Assembly (NCBI GenBank): GCA_964342815.1
Contig: CAYFHS010000021.1
Span: 1-64,000, forward strand
Length of the DNA: 64,000 bases
Direction of reading: 5' to 3'
From: an uncultured archaeon
GTDB taxonomy: Archaea > Thermoplasmatota > Penumbrarchaeia > JASLWR01
Shown: positions 9,901 to 17,409 of the stretch, piece by piece
How the letters are laid out: the number at the start of each line of letters is the position of its first letter
How positions within the stretch are numbered: the stretch's first letter is position 1
Program-made: the position numbers and the translations under genes
The notes under the pieces: generated by a model
Told to the model about the DNA's origin: nothing
Database searches by the model: none
What the model saw: the letters and a program-made list of their open reading frames with translations, nothing else

Positions 9901-11264
9901 GCTTTACCACAAAATACCTTCCTGTGAAAAACAGTGTACCGGAGATCACGCATGCACCGGACGTACAAGGGTGGGCGGGTGACGAGATCGGATTCATTGT
10001 CAATGCCGAGGACAGTGACGGGAAAATAGTCGCCTACCGCTGGGATGTTGATAATGATCTCCAATGGGATTTGGAGACTGGCGATAATGAGACTTCGTAT
10101 ATTTTCGATGTCCCTGACGAGTACCGTATTAACATTAATGTAGTTGACGATGATGGGACTTCGGCCACAGGTCATTTTACCGCTCTCATCAGTGCAGTGG
10201 GCGAGAGTCTGCCGCCAGAGGTGGCAATAGATTTTCCTGAGAACGGCACCCCCATTTCGGGGGTGACCAGATTCCGGGGACGAGCAAGCGACGATCGCGG
10301 GATCAGTGAAGTCCACGGCCGCATAGATAACGGACCCTTCGAACTTATATCCAGGGATAATACGTGGGTGATGGAGGTGGATGCAGCCGAGCTTAATTTG
10401 GGCGAACACATTTTCTATGTTATGGCAAGGGACTCGGATGGGCAGGAGTCAGCGGTAGAAAGTGTAATATTCTTCGTGGTTTCGACCCGCGCCCCCCCCT
10501 TCATCAAACAGGTTATCCCGTTACCTCAGAAGGTGAATAACAGCGGAAAGGGGCAGTTCCTGCTTACGGTATATGTTGATGATCCGGACGGTTTGGATGA
10601 TATAGAATCCGTAACTATCGACCTCGCCGAAATGGGTATGGGAGAGAAGAAATGCGAAATGGAGAGGCAGGGTGTTTTCGTGCGCTCCGTTACCGTTCCA
10701 TACGGTACTCCCGCGGGATTGAGAAGCATCCATGTGGTGGCGAGGGACGTTTGGGGTCTTGAAAATGAGACCAACGTAACGGTTTCGGTGGTGGAGATGA
10801 ATCATAAACCGCAGATCAGTGACCTGACCGAAGATAAACGAATATCTCTAGGCAAACCGGCTGTATTGAAGATTATGGTCAGGGTCACCGATGAGAATGG
10901 TGAAGGCGATATTTCCTCGGTCACCATCGACCTCAGCCCCATGGGAGTGGATCTCATAAAAGCTCTCAACGACGACGGGGTTTTTGGCGATGAGCTAGAA
11001 GGTGACGGGATCTATACTCTGGAGTTCTCGGTTCCCGAAAACGCTCCCTCGGGAACCAAGAGGTTCGTGGTAACCGCGGAAGACAGGGGCGGCGAGATGG
11101 CCCACGAGGACGTTTCCATTACCTTCAGCAAACCCTCCCCGGACGACTCGGAGGGAGCGGGAGTGACCGAATTCTACGAGGAACCCATAGTTTTTATCGG
11201 CGTTGTCTTGGCAGTCGTTCTTATGATAGTCTATATTTTAACAAGAAAATATAAATCTCATTAA
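6927..11264 (+). CDS. Membrane-anchored S8 (subtilisin-family) serine protease with CARDB, PKD and Ig-like domains
   Basis: Catalytic triad motifs LIDSGVD, GHGTHCAG and SGTSMATPHV. CARDB (PDLTITPNDITFS...VDPADDIDEISENNN), PKD (FDGRASSDPDG...W.FGDG), an LNDDG..GD...GDGIYT motif and a C-terminal TM helix. Confidence 0.92.
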   Translation: MKMHEKIIMLISIIFFIQPFAVLMGQAPQAEMGFHMEELITWENSMDGNHMAEPRHFAYNDSDGNRIDDYIDGRLSRDPEMRLDVFVNYERPVEDIHLNDLGKISLAPAFVSKYINSVILEDVGSREMNAVLQLRDVLGVENAPPVHPMLDISTRAVKARESDIYSPVIWDDLGLSGTNVNVALIDSGVDDIVHAGLRGKFVGGVDTTSSFGSMERNPDDGIGHGTHCAGIIMGTGSGGDNIGVAPNASLVDCRVGDTITLGSATMTNFMEALEWVRDNSVKHNISVLSISMGTSYSSDGKDASSRMANEVVDAGVTVVVAIGNDDNGRNANVVSSPGSADKVITVGAVHDRNTVQRNDDIIAGYSQRGPRPSDGDNDDMDELKPDITAPGSDITSCMHNTLGSYISFSGTSMATPHVSGVAALMKEAYPALKPEHIKDILHRSAESKGGASYPGKDGKYNTKYGWGMLDAYGAVRRAVDMITPEMNLPSYVDSGSRLNVRAVMDLARTSAMETSDMMEWKISFPAYFAIPNNISVSTGNDAETVITWNDPYQENGEWHLDVQVEISGGVGDLIEVAPEAVFFTTAPHVGQAQEFTFIMNTSVNGIFSPERTSIMTVGDDAEYKPDLTITPNDITFSNNPATTGQEVVIFANVTNAGLSDTHGVTVEFYDGNPASGILIGSAKMDIPRESKRQASAEWVATSGTVHNIFVTVDPADDIDEISENNNTASKPLAVRGGINLAPTSNLTVEPIPADVDEEVSFDGRASSDPDGTVTQWKFFFGDGTDSGWLSVGYTDYNYPAPGNYSAFLVVKDNGGRESTNNDSKLIKVKELAGGSMGLYLSGASNLTLSRPQGVMENTLPCPDGYTPFPFPGSPVGRVEYREIGIWQSSYPIETRELVERDTITFWIRNTNDGQGYDAQFRTVVRVDGEILMEKETAEIHVEPGSPPLKIETHSEVSDFELKYLSTFEIRMEVMVNGNGLELVYGVQKYPSGFTTKYLPVKNSVPEITHAPDVQGWAGDEIGFIVNAEDSDGKIVAYRWDVDNDLQWDLETGDNETSYIFDVPDEYRININVVDDDGTSATGHFTALISAVGESLPPEVAIDFPENGTPISGVTRFRGRASDDRGISEVHGRIDNGPFELISRDNTWVMEVDAAELNLGEHIFYVMARDSDGQESAVESVIFFVVSTRAPPFIKQVIPLPQKVNNSGKGQFLLTVYVDDPDGLDDIESVTIDLAEMGMGEKKCEMERQGVFVRSVTVPYGTPAGLRSIHVVARDVWGLENETNVTVSVVEMNHKPQISDLTEDKRISLGKPAVLKIMVRVTDENGEGDISSVTIDLSPMGVDLIKALNDDGVFGDELEGDGIYTLEFSVPENAPSGTKRFVVTAEDRGGEMAHEDVSITFSKPSPDDSEGAGVTEFYEEPIVFIGVVLAVVLMIVYILTRKYKSH

Positions 11265-11287
11265 TACTAATATTTTCACAGATACTT

Positions 11288-11545
11288 ATGCTCTTCGTAG
11301 CGTTGCTCAGCGCCATGCCCGGAGCTGCCCGCCATCTCATACGGGGAATCAAGAATATTCAAATGCCTTCAGGGGTGAAGATGGAGAAGATCTACGGGCT
11401 TTTCGGCGAGTACGACCATATAATCATCTTCGAGGCGGAAAGCCACGCTCATGCAGATATATTTCTGAGCCAGTTCAAGGATCTGGCAAGAATTCTTGTG
11501 AGAAGCGCCACAGAAGCGAATAATCTGCGCTGGACCAGTTATTAG
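11288..11545 (+). CDS. Small GYD-domain-like protein
   Basis: 85 aa with LFGEYDHIIIFEA, the pattern of the GYD family. Confidence 0.65.
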   Translation: MLFVALLSAMPGAARHLIRGIKNIQMPSGVKMEKIYGLFGEYDHIIIFEAESHAHADIFLSQFKDLARILVRSATEANNLRWTSY

Positions 11546-11583
11546 TATAGTTCCGTTCAGTTGACAACACTTCGTTCCGTTTT

Positions 11584-14500
11584 CTATTTTCTATTCGTAT
11601 CCTCTTTCATTTTCCGCCGGATTATTACAATCCAGGTCAGTGCTGCAAGAATAATGCCCACGATAAATACGAGAATCAAGATATCGATCTTTAGAGAACT
11701 TCTCTTCTTATGGTCTTCGTTCTCCTTCCCGTTATCGTTATTCATGTAAGTCTCGTTCACTAGGAACGATAAATCTTTCTGAAAATGCAAACCTGTCAGC
11801 TCTATCTCCGCCGTAACCGTATATGCCCCTGCAAGCCGAGGTATGAAGCTCCAACCTGTTCCGTTTGCCCCTGTTATGTTAAATCCCGGATTTTCCGTAA
11901 ATAATATATGCCATTTCACCCGGGGAACCTCGTCCAGGAATGGAGGTGTGATCAATGAAAAAGAAACACTTTTATTTGTCCTGACGGATTCCGTGGTCGA
12001 TAGTATGATTGACCATGCCGCGTCCCAATCCTCCCATGGGACCGCGGTGATATTACGTTTGAACTTATACCTGAGCCCTTGGGCGGAAAGGACGATCAGG
12101 ATGAGCCGGTAATCCGCTGCTTTAGTGAAATTGAGAAACAGTTCTGGAGTGTGATAGGTGACAGAGTTCTCTTCCAGCATCACGATCCAGGTGTAATTGA
12201 CAGGCGGGTCGTTCCCCCAGGAGAGATTGGCACGGCATTTGACGGTAGTCTTCGTTCCCACTACACTTGTTACCCATATACCGCCCTTCACTGGTTCCGG
12301 AGTGATATTTTCAAGGACATGCATAACTGATTTCAAATTGATGACGGCCGGTGGATCGAGATAAGCACCTCCGTCGGAAAGGTTCAGGTGGATGAGATAG
12401 GTTCCGGGACTGTTGAAACTGGTGAGGAACGTGGGTGACGAGGACCGGGTGAATCCGCATTTCGAAAGCAGATGCTGAAAGCTTGCGTTATAGGGGTCTA
12501 TTTCACCGCTGACATTGAACAGCCACCATTGGTAGAACATTTCGCTCCCTTCGGGGTCCATGGGAGATTCAACCGATATTGTGATTTTCTCTCCCACCAG
12601 AACTGTGCGATTCTCGAGAGGGTCTGCGGAAGGAGGGAGGTTGTTGGGAGCGTCATCAAGTGAAAAAGTGAAGACAGGCGAAGTCACACTGCTTTCATTC
12701 TCATCCTCCATATGCACTTTCCAGTAATATCGTTCCCCCACAGATATGGATCCCTTTGCGACCGGGACTATTAACAGGCCCACGGAAGGTCTGATCTCGT
12801 GGTAGATAGTATTCCACTGCCCCGGGCCGTTAGAGCTGTCTTTTGCAAAATTGACCTTGATATCAAGCAGGTCCCCATCCAGGTCTTCGGGAAGGAAGGA
12901 AAGAACGACGTCAGTTGTGTTCCATGGCAGTAATGAATCGTTTATTGGCTCATGAAGCGTCACAGTGGGTTCAAAATTTATGTCAACGAAGAAGGAAGAA
13001 AATACCGGATGACATGTTCCGTTGTCCACTCCGTCAGCGGGTACGACCCACCAATCGTACCATGTGGCATCTTTCAATTCCACGCTAAATGTATGATTAG
13101 ACCCGAACGTGATCGACGAAGTCATTGCCGGTGTCGCGATCCCACTTGGCTTCCAGAATATCTCGCCGGTTGTGTTGTTTCCGTCATGGTCGTGGATATT
13201 GAACTCCATTGTTGGAGTGAGAGTCCCGAAGCGAGAACCGTTTTCCGTGATGAGCTGTGCCCACGGGGGTCGATTTCCGGCATGACTCACATTGTTCGTC
13301 AGGTATATTTCGCTGTTTTCACCTGTGCTGTTCTCACTCGCAAACACCACCCACAGTCTTCCGTCGGAAGCCGCGAGAGTGGAGGGTGATGCATCATGCT
13401 CCATCTTTGGGGTAAGAAGAAGTTCCCCGCCCCATGTGGAGCCGTTGTCACCGGATACAGTATAGAAGATATCCCCGTTTACTTTGGCATCATCGGTTCG
13501 ATCGCTGGTGTAGAAAAGGTAGAGTTTTCCATCTTGGTCCCCCATTGCCGGTTCCCCGACTCCAAAATTATTACCATCTACCAGCATTACCGGGTCGGTC
13601 CATCCGCCCCAGCTAGGGGAACTGGTGCCCCAGATGCTGCTCTTGCCCCCCGAGACCTGCGACCATATCATCCAAAGAATGCCATTTGCGGTCTGAGTAT
13701 TATAGACGCTTTTTACTGCACTATCATTATCCGAAAGTCGGGTCGGTGTATTGAAGCTCACCCCGTTGTTAACCGAATAACAGAAATATGCTCCACCTAG
13801 CTGCCCATCCGAAGTGAACGCGCACCACAGAGTTCCGTATCGGGTGCGGAAAACCCGGGGGGAGCTCAGGTTGCTGCCCGGGAGATGGCTGCTCAATTCT
13901 TTCTCCACTTCCCATGTCGTACCCCCGTCCGTGGATATTTGATAGTAGATCCGGCTCTTTCCTCCCTGATCCCTAACATAGGCAAGGAACCACGTGCCGT
14001 CCTTCGTTTGGGTGAAGGTAGGAGAGCTCGAGGTGCCACTGCCGGTAGAAAGTTTTTTCTTCTTTTCCCAGGAAATCCCGCCGTCAGGGCTGCACTTGTA
14101 TGATATTAGCGATCCATTTACCGTCTTCTCTTCCCACACGAGGCAGATCTGCCCACCGGCCAACTCGGCGAGATGGGGATTTCCACTTTCGTTTTCTCCA
14201 TGGGTCACCTGGGCGAGATCGTGAACCGTACCTGGTAGTTCAAGGTCCGGTCTAGCTAGATTATAATAGTCGAATATTCCGAAAAGCATCCCTCTGGCCG
14301 CTGCTTTCTTGAAACTCTCCTGGTGAAGTAGAAGATTATCATCATAATTATCGTGAAATGCCACTTCCACGAGACTGGCCGGCATATCGGTTTCCCGCAG
14401 GACACAAAGTGAAAATCCCGACATGTCCTCGTCCTTCCACACTCCCCTGTCTAACGTTGCGCACTGGTCAACCACTGGTGGATGGAGCTTGTCCGCAAGA

Positions 14501-15081
14501 GCTTTGTCATTGGCGGGGGAGCCGCCGCCGGTTCCCGCATCCTGGCCTCCCCACAAGGTCATGGTGCCTCTTGCCGAACCGCCGCCCGCATTGGTGTGGA
14601 TCGAGATGAAGATGTCACCGGCAACAAGGTTTGCGTAATCGGGCCGAATGTTCAGGTCCTGGTTTTTGGAACCCATTCCGCCGTATCCCATTGCTGAACG
14701 TAGATAACACCAGGCGCCTTCCTGCCATTTCGGCTGTCCAGAAATACCGTTTCCGGCATTTTTGTCCAGTTCTCTCGTGACATATATGTCAGCGCCGGTT
14801 TCATCTCCTAGGTAGCTTTTCAGGTATGAAGCAATTTCAATGGTCAGCTCATCCTCGACTATGCCCCAGCAGTAAGGGCGTTGGTATTTCCAGTTACCGT
14901 TGTCATAGTACAGCCCGTGTCCGGGATCTATCACTATCTTCTTTCCCGCCAGCGGAAGGGCCCGATCGGAGCTAGACGGGACGGGGTCACAGGTTTCCGG
15001 ATAGATAATGGGTAAACCTGACAGTACCAAAAACATGACCAGCACCGCTGAAATGAGAAATCGAAAATACGACGAACCCAT
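11584..15081 (-). CDS. Membrane-anchored N-acetylmuramoyl-L-alanine amidase (Amidase_3) fused to an Asp-box/BNR propeller and Ig/PKD-like domains
   Basis: KIVIDPGHG, E in IVEDELT, FISIHTNA and PASLVEVAF supply the Zn ligands and catalytic Glu. Four Asp boxes (SPDGGISW, STDGGTTW, SVNNGVSF, SGDNGSTW), an N-terminal signal and a C-terminal TM helix. Confidence 0.88.
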   Translation of the reverse strand: MGSSYFRFLISAVLVMFLVLSGLPIIYPETCDPVPSSSDRALPLAGKKIVIDPGHGLYYDNGNWKYQRPYCWGIVEDELTIEIASYLKSYLGDETGADIYVTRELDKNAGNGISGQPKWQEGAWCYLRSAMGYGGMGSKNQDLNIRPDYANLVAGDIFISIHTNAGGGSARGTMTLWGGQDAGTGGGSPANDKALADKLHPPVVDQCATLDRGVWKDEDMSGFSLCVLRETDMPASLVEVAFHDNYDDNLLLHQESFKKAAARGMLFGIFDYYNLARPDLELPGTVHDLAQVTHGENESGNPHLAELAGGQICLVWEEKTVNGSLISYKCSPDGGISWEKKKKLSTGSGTSSSPTFTQTKDGTWFLAYVRDQGGKSRIYYQISTDGGTTWEVEKELSSHLPGSNLSSPRVFRTRYGTLWCAFTSDGQLGGAYFCYSVNNGVSFNTPTRLSDNDSAVKSVYNTQTANGILWMIWSQVSGGKSSIWGTSSPSWGGWTDPVMLVDGNNFGVGEPAMGDQDGKLYLFYTSDRTDDAKVNGDIFYTVSGDNGSTWGGELLLTPKMEHDASPSTLAASDGRLWVVFASENSTGENSEIYLTNNVSHAGNRPPWAQLITENGSRFGTLTPTMEFNIHDHDGNNTTGEIFWKPSGIATPAMTSSITFGSNHTFSVELKDATWYDWWVVPADGVDNGTCHPVFSSFFVDINFEPTVTLHEPINDSLLPWNTTDVVLSFLPEDLDGDLLDIKVNFAKDSSNGPGQWNTIYHEIRPSVGLLIVPVAKGSISVGERYYWKVHMEDENESSVTSPVFTFSLDDAPNNLPPSADPLENRTVLVGEKITISVESPMDPEGSEMFYQWWLFNVSGEIDPYNASFQHLLSKCGFTRSSSPTFLTSFNSPGTYLIHLNLSDGGAYLDPPAVINLKSVMHVLENITPEPVKGGIWVTSVVGTKTTVKCRANLSWGNDPPVNYTWIVMLEENSVTYHTPELFLNFTKAADYRLILIVLSAQGLRYKFKRNITAVPWEDWDAAWSIILSTTESVRTNKSVSFSLITPPFLDEVPRVKWHILFTENPGFNITGANGTGWSFIPRLAGAYTVTAEIELTGLHFQKDLSFLVNETYMNNDNGKENEDHKKRSSLKIDILILVFIVGIILAALTWIVIIRRKMKEDTNRK

Positions 15082-15238
15082 AAACCTGAGAAAGGATTCT
15101 ATCTTATAAAAAATAAACGAAAAGAAAAAAAACGTTAAATCAATTGTACCGCTCGCTTATGAAAACACGGAGGGTCAAAGATTGGACGATGCGGTAGTGT
15201 GTGGCAATTGGGTCCATTTGTTCATAAAAAAAATCCTT

Positions 15239-16699
15239 ATGACCATTGTGATATCCCTATTCCTTATTACAACAACGAATGTCTCCGGCCAAAGCAATAG
15301 CGATTGTTCCACCTGCCATTCGTTCCCGGATCCCAGCGACGGATATGTTTATGATCCTCCTGTCATTTTTATCAATGTACCCTTTTTCGTCGATCTCCAT
15401 GAGGATTTTACAATTGAAGCAGGGCTCGATTTTAACGAATATGAGATAAAGGAAATAACTTTGACCATCGCGCAAGATCAGCCCATATTAGATTTTGAAA
15501 AAACAACTATCAAAGCAAATGATTTGGATGAAAGGACTACCTTTGATTTCAAGGCCACCACCCTTAAATTGGGTGTAACAAAATTATCCATCACGGCGGA
15601 GGTCATGGTCTACTTTGACCACGCGGCCGGGGAGGAAGATGACTACAGGGAGGAGTCCATTGTAAAATATGCTCTCGTATCGGTAGGGCCCACATATCTC
15701 GAGCCGTCTTCATGGAGTATTTTATTGGGCGAAAAGGGAGAAATAATAACCCTGACTGCCATCGAAGATATTACCGATTTAAAGATAATCCCGCCATCTT
15801 CTCTTACTGCCTCGCCCACAGAAACAAATATATTGAACAAGGGCGGTGCGCTTTCCGTTAAATTGAGCCCCGTAAACGATGAAAAGATCGATGATAATAT
15901 AATTGTTACCTGGAAGCAGGAGGGCACACCTTACGCTTTGACCATAGGGGTCGTATATAATCCGGAAACGGAAGGGGGGACCGACTACCATTCCTGGGTC
16001 GGAAGAATTACGGGAATCGCCTGTATAATCTTGCTGATATTATCTTTGATACTAGGGGGTATGTGGAATACGAAGGGTTTGTTGAACCGAATCATCAAAT
16101 CCTCCACCAGGATCAAGATCCACTGCGCCGTTTCCTGGTTCCTGTTCGCTCTGGCCCTTTATCACGGACTCAATCTGTTGATATCCCCCTATTCTCAAAA
16201 ATTATGGAATCCGTGGATAGTCCTGGGAGAGATCGGGGCTCTGTCAATGTTAGTGGTAGGTCTAACTGGCAGCTACATGAAGTTCACGATAAAGTTGATG
16301 GGTGCCAGGAAATGGAGGGGATTTCACCTCTATGCCACCTTTGCCGCCCTGGTATTGAGTTCGATTCACGGTATTCGCATTGGAACCGATCTCGCATTCA
16401 TAAGGGATAATATGATATTGAGTAGAATCATAATTATTTTATTGGCGATGGGGGTGGTCCTGTCCATCGTTCTATATATTGCCTCGGGAAAGAAAAGCAA
16501 GAAGAAAACTGCAGCTGACCGTGATACCCAGCATACCAAAAAGTCAGACTTAAATAAGAAAAATTCACAGGAGGATTATAATTGGAATACAAGGGGCAGC
16601 CGTGATTATTATATGGACGATTATTATGATAATGCGGAAAAAAATCATAAAAAAGGTCAGCCTGACTATTACGGTGATGATCACCGGGAAGATTATTGA
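15239..16699 (+). CDS. Exported CxxCH domain plus ferric-reductase-like/cytochrome b transmembrane domain
   Basis: Signal peptide, then CSTCH (15305-15319). Four C-terminal TM helices carry paired His (KIHCAVSW...LYHG; GFHLYA...SIHG), followed by a Tyr/Asp-rich tail. Start placed at ATG 15239; the ORF is open from 15182. Confidence 0.65.
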   Translation: MTIVISLFLITTTNVSGQSNSDCSTCHSFPDPSDGYVYDPPVIFINVPFFVDLHEDFTIEAGLDFNEYEIKEITLTIAQDQPILDFEKTTIKANDLDERTTFDFKATTLKLGVTKLSITAEVMVYFDHAAGEEDDYREESIVKYALVSVGPTYLEPSSWSILLGEKGEIITLTAIEDITDLKIIPPSSLTASPTETNILNKGGALSVKLSPVNDEKIDDNIIVTWKQEGTPYALTIGVVYNPETEGGTDYHSWVGRITGIACIILLILSLILGGMWNTKGLLNRIIKSSTRIKIHCAVSWFLFALALYHGLNLLISPYSQKLWNPWIVLGEIGALSMLVVGLTGSYMKFTIKLMGARKWRGFHLYATFAALVLSSIHGIRIGTDLAFIRDNMILSRIIIILLAMGVVLSIVLYIASGKKSKKKTAADRDTQHTKKSDLNKKNSQEDYNWNTRGSRDYYMDDYYDNAEKNHKKGQPDYYGDDHREDY

Positions 16700-17042
16700 C
16701 GCTGAACGGAATATGAAAATGTACGTCGCAATGGCGCAGCGGATTATGTGGATGAAGGTCCGGCATGGCCGGATTGGCCCGGATCCGAATGTCGGAGGAC
16801 CAGCGGTTGAAAAGGATTTTATCTTTCCCATAAGTTCCATTATCTTCTTATTTTTGCTGACTCTTAGCTTAAAAAAAATTGTTCAAAATTAAATCACCAT
16901 AAGATTTATATGATGCTTTTACGATATTGTTTACACCAGCCGTAAAGATGATATTAACACTATTGATGGACTTGTCCAAGAGGTTTTTGGGAGTTATGAA
17001 GTGAAAGAGATAATTAAAAAAAGGACATTAGTGGTGTAGGGC

Positions 17043-17327
17043 ATGACCTGTCAAAGGTGTGCAAATTGTATAAATGAAACAATATCGAAGATCGATGGGA
17101 TAAAAAAAGTCGGAATCAAGAAAATGGGCAGCGTTCATGTGGAATACGATCTGATGAGGCTCAACATAAAAATGATCGAGAACGAGATAATCAATCTCGG
17201 ATACGGTATATCGACAAATCTTTGGCAAAGAGTAAAGAGAGGTTGGATACATTATTCCGAGGAGACTGAATCTCAAAATATGAATTTACCTGCGCCCCCC
17301 TGCTGTTCAAAACCTCCGATACCTTGA
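17043..17327 (+). CDS. HMA-domain metal chaperone-like protein, N-terminus interrupted by an in-frame TAG
   Basis: GMTCQRC HMA motif and C-terminal PPCCSKPP. The upstream frame from GTG 17001 reads VKEIIKKRTLVV*GMTC. Confidence 0.7.
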   Translation: MTCQRCANCINETISKIDGIKKVGIKKMGSVHVEYDLMRLNIKMIENEIINLGYGISTNLWQRVKRGWIHYSEETESQNMNLPAPPCCSKPPIP

Positions 17328-17409
17328 AAACTAAGTTGCGATTTACCGCGATATACACTGCCGGTTTCCAAAGGTGCTTTGAATATCATATGATAAATTG
17401 GAGAATACC

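Noticed and set aside
17037-17039. Asserting pyrrolysine recoding
   Set aside because: There are no pyl genes or methylamine methyltransferases in the window, so mutation or error is at least as likely. Kept only as a hypothesis.
16930-17395. Palindromes TTTAC-N7-GTAAA (16930-16946) and TATCATATGATA (17384-17395) as copper-regulator operators
   Set aside because: Short AT-rich palindromes arise easily by chance. They do not match each other or a CopY/CsoR box that I can confirm.
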